The notes beneath the pieces were generated by a model. That model did no database searches and had not been told where the DNA came from. It saw nothing but the letters and a program-made list of their open reading frames with translations. Shown here piece after piece: positions 1 to 8,571 of a stretch of 64,000 bases of DNA. The stretch lies in the NCBI GenBank assembly GCA_965248355.1, contig OZ252098.1:928001-992000 (forward strand), in the 5' to 3' direction. Origin of the DNA: Candidatus Latescibacterota bacterium. GTDB lineage: Bacteria; Latescibacterota; UBA2968; UBA8231. How positions within the stretch are numbered: the first letter of the stretch is position 1; every line of letters begins with the position of its first letter. The translations under genes were made by a program, and so were the position numbers.

Positions 1-321
1 CTTTGCGAGATCTCCCAGGGGATCTCGGCCTACTCCGACGCTGACGCCGAGGTGCTCGGCGTCAGCGTCGACAGCCCCTTCGCGCAGAAGGCCTGGGCGG
101 AGCAGGAGGGGATCGGCATCTCCCTGCTGAGCGACTTCAACAGGGAGGTCTGCGCCGCCTACGGTGCCCGGTACGATGATCTGCTGGGCATGGTCGGCGT
201 GGCCAAGCGTGCGGCCTTCGTCATCGACAGGGAGGGAATCGTCCGTTACGCCTCCGTGTCCGAAGACGCCAAGGTCCTGCCCGACTTCGAGGCGGTGAAG
301 GCCTGCCTCGGGTCGATGTAG
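1..321 (+). CDS. Peroxiredoxin / AhpC-TSA family redoxin (5' truncated by window edge)
   Basis: Frame open from base 1 (LCEISQG...EVLGVSVDSPF...LLSDFNREV...RAAFVIDREGIVRY), typical AhpC/TSA C-terminal motifs. Confidence 0.85.
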   Translation, partial: LCEISQGISAYSDADAEVLGVSVDSPFAQKAWAEQEGIGISLLSDFNREVCAAYGARYDDLLGMVGVAKRAAFVIDREGIVRYASVSEDAKVLPDFEAVKACLGSM

Positions 322-358
322 TCGCAGGACCCTTCCCAAGGCCCAGGTCCACGCCGAG

Positions 359-1789
359 ATGCCTACTGAAGGCACGAGCCGCTCCCTGGCGGCTTCCGAG
401 GAGGTCCGTGAGGAGACCTCTCTGACGGGCGCGACGAGGTCCGCCGTCCGGGGTTGCGTTCATCCGCCATCCTTTCCGACGGCGGTCCTCGACGAGTCCC
501 ACCGCGATTTGCGGGACGACGAGTTCTGGCGCGCCGTTCCGGCCTACGCCCACCTGCGGGCCGACGAGTTCCACGACCACCGATTCCAGAGCCGGAACGG
601 CGTCACCAGCCTCCACAAGCTGCGGCAGGTCCTGGGCGGCCTCGTCTCCGAGGCGTTCTACGCCGATGTGGAAGCCGGGCTGCGTCGGTCGACGATGAGC
701 CTGCGCATCTCCCCGTACCTGATCTCACTGGTCGACTGGTCGGCGCCGGAGACCGATCCGATCCGGCTTCAATTCCTGCCGCTTGGTTCGCGGCACGAGG
801 CCGACCATCCCGAGCTGGATCTCGATTCGCTGAACGAGCAGGCCGACTCGCCCGTGCCCGGGCTCACGCACCGCTACCACGACCGGGCCCTGTTCCTGGC
901 CCTGGACACCTGTCCCGTGTACTGCCGCTTCTGCACGCGTTCCTACTCGGTCGGCCTCGACACCGCCGACGTGGACAAGGTCCACCTCGGCGTCAGCCGC
1001 GAACGCTGGGAGCAGGCCTTCGACTACATCCGCCGCAATCCCCAGATCGAGGACGTGGTCATAAGCGGCGGCGACATGTACAACCTCAAGGCCGAGCAGG
1101 TCGAGCTGCTCGGCCGCACCCTGCTCGACATCGAGCACGTCCGGAGGTTCCGATACGCCACCAAGGGGCCGGCCGTGATGCCGCAGAAGCTGGTTACCGA
1201 CCCCGACTGGGTGCGCGCCATCGCCCGCGTCGTCGCCGAGGGCCGTCGCCGCCACAAGGAGGTGGCCCTGCATACGCACTTCAACCACCCGCGGGAGATC
1301 ACCGCCTTCACCCGTCATGCCATGGAAGGGTTGATGGCGGAGGGCATGATCGTTCGCAATCAGGCGGTGCTGCAGCGCGGCGTGAACGACGATGCCGACA
1401 CCATGCGCCTGCTGGTCCGGCGCCTGGGATATCTCAACATCCATCCCTACTACGTCTTTGTGCACGACATGGTCCGCGGGGTCGAGGAGTTGCGCACGAG
1501 CCTGCGGGCCGCCATCGAACTCGAAAAGCTTGTGCGGGGGGTCACCGCGGGCTTCAACCTGCCCGCCTTCGTCCTCGACACCATGGGCGGCGGGGGCAAG
1601 CGGCATGTCCACTCCCACGAGCGCTACGACCACGACACTGGGATCGCCGTCTTCACCAGTCCCGCGGTACGGCCGGGTCGACGCTTCCTGTTCTTCGACC
1701 CGCTGCACAGCCTCGGTCCCGGTGCGCAGGCGCTCTGGGCCGATCCTCATTCCCGGGCCGGCATGATCGCCGAGGCCCTGGAGGGGTAA
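359..1789 (+). CDS. KamA-family radical SAM/PLP aminomutase (lysine 2,3-aminomutase-like)
   Basis: SPVPGLTHRY, CPVYCRFCTR (CxxxCxxC), ISGGD, HFNHP, NQAVL, GGGGK PLP-lysine motif; exact start uncertain. Confidence 0.88.
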   Translation: MPTEGTSRSLAASEEVREETSLTGATRSAVRGCVHPPSFPTAVLDESHRDLRDDEFWRAVPAYAHLRADEFHDHRFQSRNGVTSLHKLRQVLGGLVSEAFYADVEAGLRRSTMSLRISPYLISLVDWSAPETDPIRLQFLPLGSRHEADHPELDLDSLNEQADSPVPGLTHRYHDRALFLALDTCPVYCRFCTRSYSVGLDTADVDKVHLGVSRERWEQAFDYIRRNPQIEDVVISGGDMYNLKAEQVELLGRTLLDIEHVRRFRYATKGPAVMPQKLVTDPDWVRAIARVVAEGRRRHKEVALHTHFNHPREITAFTRHAMEGLMAEGMIVRNQAVLQRGVNDDADTMRLLVRRLGYLNIHPYYVFVHDMVRGVEELRTSLRAAIELEKLVRGVTAGFNLPAFVLDTMGGGGKRHVHSHERYDHDTGIAVFTSPAVRPGRRFLFFDPLHSLGPGAQALWADPHSRAGMIAEALEG

Positions 1790-1875
1790 CCCGCGGTGCG
1801 CTGTCAGACCGGCTCCCAGGAGGAGAAGCGACGGGCGAGGGCCGCGTCCTTCCCGGAAATGGAATCGACGACGAC

Positions 1876-3573
1876 ATGAATTCAAAGGACATCCTGCCCG
1901 CCGAACTGTGGCTGGCCGTCCTCTGCGGCTTGGGGTTGCTGCTGGTCGGTGTCGGCCTCGGGTACTTGATCAACCTCTACCTGAGAAGGCCGGATCAGCA
2001 CCGTGTAGAGGAGGAAGCCGAGGCCCGGGCCATGCGCCGCTTCGCCGAGCGGGAGCGCGCCCAGCGGCTGACCTTCCTCGAGGAGAAGGACAGCTGGTAC
2101 AAGCTGAAGGCCGACCAGGAGAACCAGCTGGAAGAGGCCCTGGAGGAGCAGAACCGCCGAGGCAAGGAGCTGGCCACCCGGGAACGGGAGATCGACACCC
2201 GGCGGCAGGAGATGCGCAAGGAGTGGGGCCGGTTCAAGAACCAGGAGAGGCGGCTCAGCTCCCGGGAGCGGGCGATACGGGCCACCGAGGTCGAGATCGA
2301 GACAGTCCAGCGAGAGTACCGGGAAAAGCTTGAGCTCGTGGCCAACCTCACCGAAGACGAGGCCAAGGAGCAGCTCCTGGAGCACCTCTCGGGCAAGGTC
2401 AGGGCGCGGGCGGCGGCCATGATCCGGGCGGAGAGGACGCGCGCCCGGGAGGAGGCCGATCGAGAGGCGCGCAAGATCATCGCCCAGGCCATCCAGCGTT
2501 GCGCCGTGGAGGAGGCGGAGCACGCGGCCACCTCCACCATGACTCTCCCCAGTGAGAGCCTCAAAAGTCGGATCATCGGCAAGGAGGGACGCAACGTGCG
2601 TGCCTTCGAGAACGCCACAGGGGTCAAGGTGGTGGTCGACGACACCCCCGACACCGTGCTGTTGTCCTCCTTCGATCCCCTTCGCCGCGAGGTGGCGGCG
2701 CGTTCCATGGACCGTCTCGTCCGCGATGGTGGATTCACGCCGAGCCGGATCGAGGAGGTCGTGGCCGAGGCTCGGCAGAGCGTTGACAAGGAGATGGAGG
2801 AAGCCGGTCACCGGGCGCTCGCGAAGATCGGAGCCAGCGACTACCACCCCGATCTGCCCGCCTCCGTGGGCCGGCTCAAGTTCCGTTCCAGCTACGGGCA
2901 GAACCAGCTCCAGCACTGCCTGGAAGTGGGGCAGTTGGCGGGGCTCATGGCCCAGGAGATCGGTCTCGACCCCAAGCTCGCGCGCAGAGCCGGACTGCTC
3001 CACGACATCGGCAAGACGGTGAGCCGGGAGGTGGAGGGATCGCACATCGAGCTCGGCGTGGAGATGGCCGAGCGATTCGGGGAGCATCCCGTCGTGCGCG
3101 AGGTGATCGCCGAGAGTCACGAGGAACACGAGCGTGTGGATCCGATCTGCTTTCTCGTGAAGGCCGCCGACGCCATCTCCTCGGTCCGGCCGGGAGGCCG
3201 CCGGGAGGACTTCGAGGGATACGCGCGCCGCATCATGAAGCTGGAGGAGATCGCCACCTCCTTCGAAGGCGTGAAGGATGTCTACGCCATCAACGCCGGG
3301 CGCGAGATCCGCGTCATGGTGCGGGGGGAGCACGTGAGCGACGACGACGCGGAGATCCTCGCCTTCCACATCGCCGAGCGAGTGAAGAACGAGCTGACCT
3401 TCGCCGGCGAGGTGAAGGTGATGGTCGTTCGCGAGACCCGCGCCGCCCGCTACACCGGCCTGAGGTCCCGCGGCCAGCGAGTCGCGAATTCGCGTTCCAG
3501 GCGCCGGGGACACGATGCCTCGCCCCACAACGGACGCCACCCGCGCAACGGGCAGTCCCGTCCCGGCGGTTGA
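1876..3573 (+). CDS. rny: Ribonuclease Y
   Basis: N-terminal TM helix, coiled coil, KH domain (RIIGKEGRNVRAFE..TGV..VVDDTP), HD domain (LLHDIGK, ADAIS..RPG), YAINAGREIRV; ATG at 1876 rather than the ORF-track start 454. Confidence 0.95.
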   Translation: MNSKDILPAELWLAVLCGLGLLLVGVGLGYLINLYLRRPDQHRVEEEAEARAMRRFAERERAQRLTFLEEKDSWYKLKADQENQLEEALEEQNRRGKELATREREIDTRRQEMRKEWGRFKNQERRLSSRERAIRATEVEIETVQREYREKLELVANLTEDEAKEQLLEHLSGKVRARAAAMIRAERTRAREEADREARKIIAQAIQRCAVEEAEHAATSTMTLPSESLKSRIIGKEGRNVRAFENATGVKVVVDDTPDTVLLSSFDPLRREVAARSMDRLVRDGGFTPSRIEEVVAEARQSVDKEMEEAGHRALAKIGASDYHPDLPASVGRLKFRSSYGQNQLQHCLEVGQLAGLMAQEIGLDPKLARRAGLLHDIGKTVSREVEGSHIELGVEMAERFGEHPVVREVIAESHEEHERVDPICFLVKAADAISSVRPGGRREDFEGYARRIMKLEEIATSFEGVKDVYAINAGREIRVMVRGEHVSDDDAEILAFHIAERVKNELTFAGEVKVMVVRETRAARYTGLRSRGQRVANSRSRRRGHDASPHNGRHPRNGQSRPGG

Positions 3574-3588
3574 AGCCGAGGATCCCTC

Positions 3589-4023
3589 GTGGCGGCGGGA
3601 AGGCGCAGGGGGTACGGAACGTTGAGCGGCCTTTGGCGGGTCATCCGCCGAACCACGGCCAGACGCGCGCCTGCAGGATTCCGTGCCGGGGGCGCCCCTC
3701 TGCACGGGATCCCTCGCTTGCGGAAGGGCTCCGACGGCCGCCCGCGGTGTGTCGCTTGTGCCTTGTGCGCGGCTGCCTGCCCCTCGAACTGCATCCATAT
3801 CGAGCCCGCCGCTCCTCCCTGGGTGGACGAGGAAGCCGTGTCGACCACGAGCGAACGCTGGCCCGCCGTGTTCGAGCTCGACCTGGGCCGGTGCCTGCTG
3901 TGCGGTCTGTGCGAGTCGGCCTGCCCCGAGCAGGCGATCTCCCTGGACTCGGCGGGCCCTGTCCCGGTGAAGGCCGAGCGCCAGGATCTGTATCTGGGCC
4001 GTGAGGCCCTGTTGCGGCGGTGA
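3589..4023 (+). CDS. 2x[4Fe-4S] ferredoxin-like protein, NuoI-like
   Basis: CVACALCAAACP and CLLCGLCESACP motifs; HGIP.L, CIHIE and FELDLGRC context as in NuoI. Confidence 0.75.
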   Translation: MAAGRRRGYGTLSGLWRVIRRTTARRAPAGFRAGGAPLHGIPRLRKGSDGRPRCVACALCAAACPSNCIHIEPAAPPWVDEEAVSTTSERWPAVFELDLGRCLLCGLCESACPEQAISLDSAGPVPVKAERQDLYLGREALLRR

Positions 4024-5219
4024 CGCGCCTCGCCATCCTCGGGAGCACCGGGTCGATCGGTTCGACGACCTTCACGGTTCTGGAGAGTCTGCGCCGTCAG
4101 GACGGGGAGGCGGAGTGGGAGGTCGTGGCATTGGCCGGGGGACGGCGTATCGACGAGCTGATCCGCCAGGCCAGGCGTTGGTCTCCCAGACGCATATGCG
4201 TGGCCGGCCGCGAGGACGCTCAACGGGTCCGGGGTGAGTTGCCCGGTATCGAAGTCCTGTCCGGAGAGCAGGGGCTGTGCGAACTGGCCGCCGACGACAG
4301 GGTGGACGTCGTCGTCAACGGCCTCGTCGGCGCCGTGGGACTGCCGCCGACGATGGCCGCCCTGGGCGCCGGCAAGGCGGTGGCCATGGCCAACAAGGAG
4401 CCGCTGGTCATGGCAGGGGGTCTGCTGCAGGAGGCGGCGCGGGCGGGCGGGGGAGAGCTGCTGCCCGTGGACAGCGAGCCCAGCGCCCTGTGGCAATGTC
4501 TGCGAGGCGAGCGTGAGGAGGATGTCTCCCGGCTGATCCTGACCGCCTCGGGCGGGGCCTTTCGCGACCGCAACCGCAAGGAGCTCGCCCGGGTGACGCC
4601 GGCCGAGGCCCTCGATCACCCGACCTGGAGGATGGGACCGAAGATCACCATCGACTCGGCGACCCTGATGAACAAGGGATTCGAAGTCATCGAGGCGGCC
4701 TGGCTCTTCGGTGTGGACGTAGACCGCGTGGAGGTCGTGATTCATCGGGAGTCGATCGTGCACTCCATGGTGGAATTCACCGACGGGTCCATCCTCGCTC
4801 ACCTCGGACGAACCGACATGAGCCTGCCCATCCAGTACGCCCTCACCCATCCCAGGCGCAGGCCCGGTCCATTGCCGCGGCTGCCTCTTGCAGGCGTCGG
4901 GGCCTTGCACTTCGAAGCCCCGGATCCGGAGCGGGTCCCGGGCCTGTCCCTGTGCTACGATGCGGCCCGAGCCGGCGGCACCACGCCGGCGGCCTTGAAC
5001 GCGGCCAACGAGGTCGCGGTCTCCGCATTCCTCGAAGGGAGGCTGGGCTTTCTGCAGATCCACGAGTTGAACCTGTCCGTCGTCGACGGCTGGGAGTCCG
5101 GTCCGGCCACCGACCTGGAGACCATCCTGGAGGCCGACCGGCGGGCCCGGGCTCGGGCCGGAGACCACCTGTCTGCCGCCACGACCGGAATCGGCCATCG
5201 AGGGAAGGGAGGGACATGA
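4020..5219 (+). CDS. dxr: 1-deoxy-D-xylulose 5-phosphate reductoisomerase
   Basis: ILGSTGSIG, ANKE, LPVDSE, TASGG.FR, HPTW.MGPKITIDSATLMNKGFE, NAANE. Confidence 0.97.
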   Translation: MTRLAILGSTGSIGSTTFTVLESLRRQDGEAEWEVVALAGGRRIDELIRQARRWSPRRICVAGREDAQRVRGELPGIEVLSGEQGLCELAADDRVDVVVNGLVGAVGLPPTMAALGAGKAVAMANKEPLVMAGGLLQEAARAGGGELLPVDSEPSALWQCLRGEREEDVSRLILTASGGAFRDRNRKELARVTPAEALDHPTWRMGPKITIDSATLMNKGFEVIEAAWLFGVDVDRVEVVIHRESIVHSMVEFTDGSILAHLGRTDMSLPIQYALTHPRRRPGPLPRLPLAGVGALHFEAPDPERVPGLSLCYDAARAGGTTPAALNAANEVAVSAFLEGRLGFLQIHELNLSVVDGWESGPATDLETILEADRRARARAGDHLSAATTGIGHRGKGGT

Positions 5220-5485
5220 CCCGGCAGGATTCCAAGCCACCGACGGCGTCCGTCCCGGACCTGAACGCCATCTACGAGGTCTCCCACCGCGTCCTGCGCT
5301 ACCTCACCGGCGTGATGATCGTCGCCTTCATCCTGATCGTCGTGCTCACCAGCATCTCCACCGGACCCTTCGTGCAGGTCGTGGCCCGCGGGCTGTACTT
5401 CCTGATTCTCGCCGTTCCCCTCGCCTCTCTGCTCACCTGGATCCTGCGATTGTGGGCCGAGAGAAGGGCCCGGGAGCCGCTGTGA
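5216..5485 (+). CDS. Small two-TM membrane protein
   Basis: ATGA overlap with dxr stop, GGAGG RBS, two hydrophobic stretches. Confidence 0.65.
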   Translation: MTRQDSKPPTASVPDLNAIYEVSHRVLRYLTGVMIVAFILIVVLTSISTGPFVQVVARGLYFLILAVPLASLLTWILRLWAERRAREPL

Positions 5486-5527
5486 TCCGGGCCGGCTGAA
5501 CCAGGGGCAGGCCGGCCGACCCGCCCG

Positions 5528-5968
5528 ATGGAGATCCTCACCGCCAGGGGGCACTTCCACGCCGCCCACCGACAGCTCGACTACGCCGGCAAGTGCGCCA
5601 ACGTCCACGGCCACACCTGGCGAGGTTCCTTCGTGGTGCGGGCCGAGCGCTTCCCGCGGCTGGAGGGTATCGACATGTCCATCGACTTCGGGGCCCTCAA
5701 GGAGATCTTCAAGGGCCTCGACCATCGCATGCTGGTCTCCGCCCGGGACCGGGTCTTTCTCGATGGCGGGCTCTTCGATCCGGAGGGCGTCGTGCTGTTG
5801 CCCGGCGACAACCCGAGCGTGGAGAACGTGGCCCGGTACTGCATGGAGAGGGCGGTCGAAGCCCTGTCCAACCTGTTCCCGGATCGTGGGATCGACTACG
5901 ATTTGGAGGTCACCATTCAGGAGACGGACAACAACCTCTTCACCCTGCAGCGTTCGGTGACCATCTGA
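5528..5968 (+). CDS. queD: 6-carboxy-5,6,7,8-tetrahydropterin synthase (QueD/PTPS family)
   Basis: FHAAH, CANVHGHTW (CxxxHGH), IDFG, LDH, NPSVEN, QET motifs. Confidence 0.85.
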   Translation: MEILTARGHFHAAHRQLDYAGKCANVHGHTWRGSFVVRAERFPRLEGIDMSIDFGALKEIFKGLDHRMLVSARDRVFLDGGLFDPEGVVLLPGDNPSVENVARYCMERAVEALSNLFPDRGIDYDLEVTIQETDNNLFTLQRSVTI

Positions 5969-5970
5969 AC

Positions 5971-6228
5971 ATGCCTCGTGAAGCGCTGATGACCGTGGGC
6001 GAGGTGTCGAGCTACCTGCGGTGCTCGGTCTCGATGGTCAGGAGGCTGGTCAGGCGATCGGAGATCCCCCACTTCCGGCTGGGCCGGCTCGTTCGTTTCC
6101 GTCGCAGCGAGGTCGATGGCTGGCTGGCGGGGCACCACGGGGGCGACTCGTCCTCCGACGGGAATCGCAAGTCCGCCGCCCACCCCGATCAGTTGTTCCT
6201 GTTCGGCGAGTCGGGGCGCGGAGCGTGA
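5971..6228 (+). CDS. Excisionase-like helix-turn-helix DNA-binding protein
   Basis: LMTVGEVSSYLRCSVSMVRRLV..EIPHFRLGRLVRFRRSEVDGWL matches the HTH_17 pattern. Confidence 0.8.
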   Translation: MPREALMTVGEVSSYLRCSVSMVRRLVRRSEIPHFRLGRLVRFRRSEVDGWLAGHHGGDSSSDGNRKSAAHPDQLFLFGESGRGA

Positions 6229-8558
6229 GCCTCCCGGTCGATCCTGGGACCGATCAAGCCCATCAGGCCGCGGACGGACCGCGTATCGAGAGAGTCGCCG
6301 TCCTGGGCGCCGGCGTCATGGGCAGCCAGATCGCGGCCTTGCTGGCCAACGCCGGAATCGAGGTCGATCTACTCGACCTCGCCGAAGGGGGCGACGAGGC
6401 GGGACGGGCCCGGTCCGGACTCGAGAAGCTGCGGCGGCAGCGGCCGGGGCCACTGTTCCAGCCCGAGGTGGCGGAACGAATCCACCCAGGCTCCCTGGAC
6501 GACACGTCGGCCCTGGCCCGCGCCCAGTGGGTGATCGAGGCCGTGGTGGAGGACCTCGCGGCCAAGCGCTCCCTCTTCGAGGAGCTTCACCGCCACCTCG
6601 GGCCCTCCGCGGTGCTCACCAGCAATACCTCCGGCCTGTCGATCGCCGCCCTCGGCGCGGCCCTTCCGAAGGACCTGCAGAGCCGCTTCTTCGGCGTTCA
6701 CTTCTTCAATCCCCCGCGCCACATGAAGCTCGTGGAGGTGGTCCCGGGGCCCGCCACCGATCCCTCGCGGATCGAGGTCCTGACCGCCTTCCTGCGGAAC
6801 GGCCTCGGCAAGGGCGTCGTCGCCTGCCGGGATACGCCCAACTTCATCGCCAACCGCCTGGGAGTGTTCGCCGTTATGGACGTCCTGCGCCGCATGGAGG
6901 CCGGAGGTCTCAGCGTGGAGGAGGTGGACGCCGTCACCGGTCCGGCCCTGGGACGGCCACGCAGCGCCACCCTGAGGTTGTGCGATCTCATCGGCCTGGA
7001 TACGCTGGTCCACGTGGCCCGCACGGCCTACGACGGCCTGGACCACGACCCCTGGCGCGGCACCTTCGAGCTCGGCCCCGCTCTGCGCTCCATGGTCGAC
7101 GCGGGACTGCTGGGGGACAAGTCCGGGGGCGGATTCTACCGCAAAGGGGAGAGCGGGATCGAGGCCATCGATCCCGCCACGCTCGAGTACCGCCCGCGGC
7201 GCAAAGTGGCCGCCCCTCTCCCGGACCGTGGCGACCTCGCGGAGAGGTTGGCCGCGGCAGTCGCCCCGGCCGGGGAGGATCCCCTCGCCTGCTTTGCGCG
7301 CGATCACCTGTTCACGACTTTGAGCTACTGCGCGGCCTGCGCGGCCGAGGTGGCCGACTCCCTGGAGGCCATCGACCAGGTCCTGCGCTGGGGATTCCAC
7401 TGGGAAGCCGGGCCCTTCGAGCAGATCGATCTCATCGGCGCACGCGTCCTGATCGAGGGCCTGGAAGCGGCCGGCATCGACCCGCCGGAGTTGCTCGCGA
7501 GCATCGCCGCCACAGAGACCGGTCGCGTCTATGGCCGGGAGGCCGGAGAGCGCGGGGTCCTGGCCCCGGACGGCCAGGGATACCGTCCGCTCCGCCCGCC
7601 CGGGCCCCCGGCCGATGCGGAACGCCTGGCCACCGCCGAGGTCCTGCGGGAATGCGAGACCGCACGCCTGGTTCGTCTCGGGGACGGGGCCGCGGTGATC
7701 GAGCTGCGAGGCAAACTCAACGTCCTCGGGCCCGGGTCCCTGGCCTTCGCCCGCGATGCCGTGTCCGGGGAGGTCTTCGACCTCATCGTCCTCACCGGCG
7801 CCGGCGAGCACCTCTCTGCGGGCGCCGACCTGAGGTACGTCCTGCACCTCATCGACGACGGTCGCTGGGCGGAGCTGGACTCGTACTTGCAGCTGTTCCA
7901 GCAGGCCAGCTCGGGGGTGCGCTATTCGCCGGTGCCGGTGGTCACGGCCGCACGCGGCCTGGCCCTCGGAGGGGGCTGCGAGTTCAATCTCGCGGCGGCC
8001 GCCCGGGTCGTGGCCGCCGAACTGCGGCTCGGTCTCGTGGAGACGCGGATCGGCGTCGTGCCCGGAGCCGGCGGCTGCAAGGAGATGGTGCGGCGCTTCG
8101 GAGCGGAGGTGGATGCCTTCCTGCCCATTCTCCAGGAGGGACGGACGTCGGACAACGCGCTGCAGGCGAGGGCCTGGGGCTTCCTCGATGGCTCCGACCT
8201 GGTCCGGCTCGACGGCGACCGGCTCCTCGTGGCCGCTGTGACCCGGGCCCGGGAGCTGCTCGAGGGAGGTTGGACCCCGCCAAGGCCGAAGGCATTGCCG
8301 GTGGCGGGTCCCCATGTTCTCGACCGGCTGCACGCGGAGCTCGACCAGGGCGCGGCAGAGGGTCGGCTGGGTGCGCACGATGTGGTGGTCGGCAAGGCCT
8401 TGGCCCGGGTGGTGTGCGGCGGCGGCGCCCGCGGGGCCATCTCCGAGGAACGACTGCTCGAACTGGAGCGCGAGGCCTTTCTCGAGCTCTGCGGTACCTC
8501 GGCTACCCGGGCGAGGATCGCGCACATGCTCGAAACCGGGAAACCCTTGCGCAACTGA
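6225..8558 (+). CDS. 3-hydroxyacyl-CoA dehydrogenase / enoyl-CoA hydratase fusion (FadN-type)
   Basis: VLGAGVMG, EAVVE, SNTSGL, HFFNPP, DTPNFIANR; C-terminal crotonase ALGGGCE and GLVE..IGVVPGAGG; ends TGKPLRN. Confidence 0.92.
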   Translation: MSLPVDPGTDQAHQAADGPRIERVAVLGAGVMGSQIAALLANAGIEVDLLDLAEGGDEAGRARSGLEKLRRQRPGPLFQPEVAERIHPGSLDDTSALARAQWVIEAVVEDLAAKRSLFEELHRHLGPSAVLTSNTSGLSIAALGAALPKDLQSRFFGVHFFNPPRHMKLVEVVPGPATDPSRIEVLTAFLRNGLGKGVVACRDTPNFIANRLGVFAVMDVLRRMEAGGLSVEEVDAVTGPALGRPRSATLRLCDLIGLDTLVHVARTAYDGLDHDPWRGTFELGPALRSMVDAGLLGDKSGGGFYRKGESGIEAIDPATLEYRPRRKVAAPLPDRGDLAERLAAAVAPAGEDPLACFARDHLFTTLSYCAACAAEVADSLEAIDQVLRWGFHWEAGPFEQIDLIGARVLIEGLEAAGIDPPELLASIAATETGRVYGREAGERGVLAPDGQGYRPLRPPGPPADAERLATAEVLRECETARLVRLGDGAAVIELRGKLNVLGPGSLAFARDAVSGEVFDLIVLTGAGEHLSAGADLRYVLHLIDDGRWAELDSYLQLFQQASSGVRYSPVPVVTAARGLALGGGCEFNLAAAARVVAAELRLGLVETRIGVVPGAGGCKEMVRRFGAEVDAFLPILQEGRTSDNALQARAWGFLDGSDLVRLDGDRLLVAAVTRARELLEGGWTPPRPKALPVAGPHVLDRLHAELDQGAAEGRLGAHDVVVGKALARVVCGGGARGAISEERLLELEREAFLELCGTSATRARIAHMLETGKPLRN

Positions 8559-8571
8559 AGGGAGAGATCGC

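Noticed and set aside
454..1875. 1039-aa ORF suggesting a long N-terminal extension of RNase Y
   Set aside because: The extension is an Arg/Pro-rich shadow frame over the KamA gene; the real start is ATG 1876, just before the TM helix
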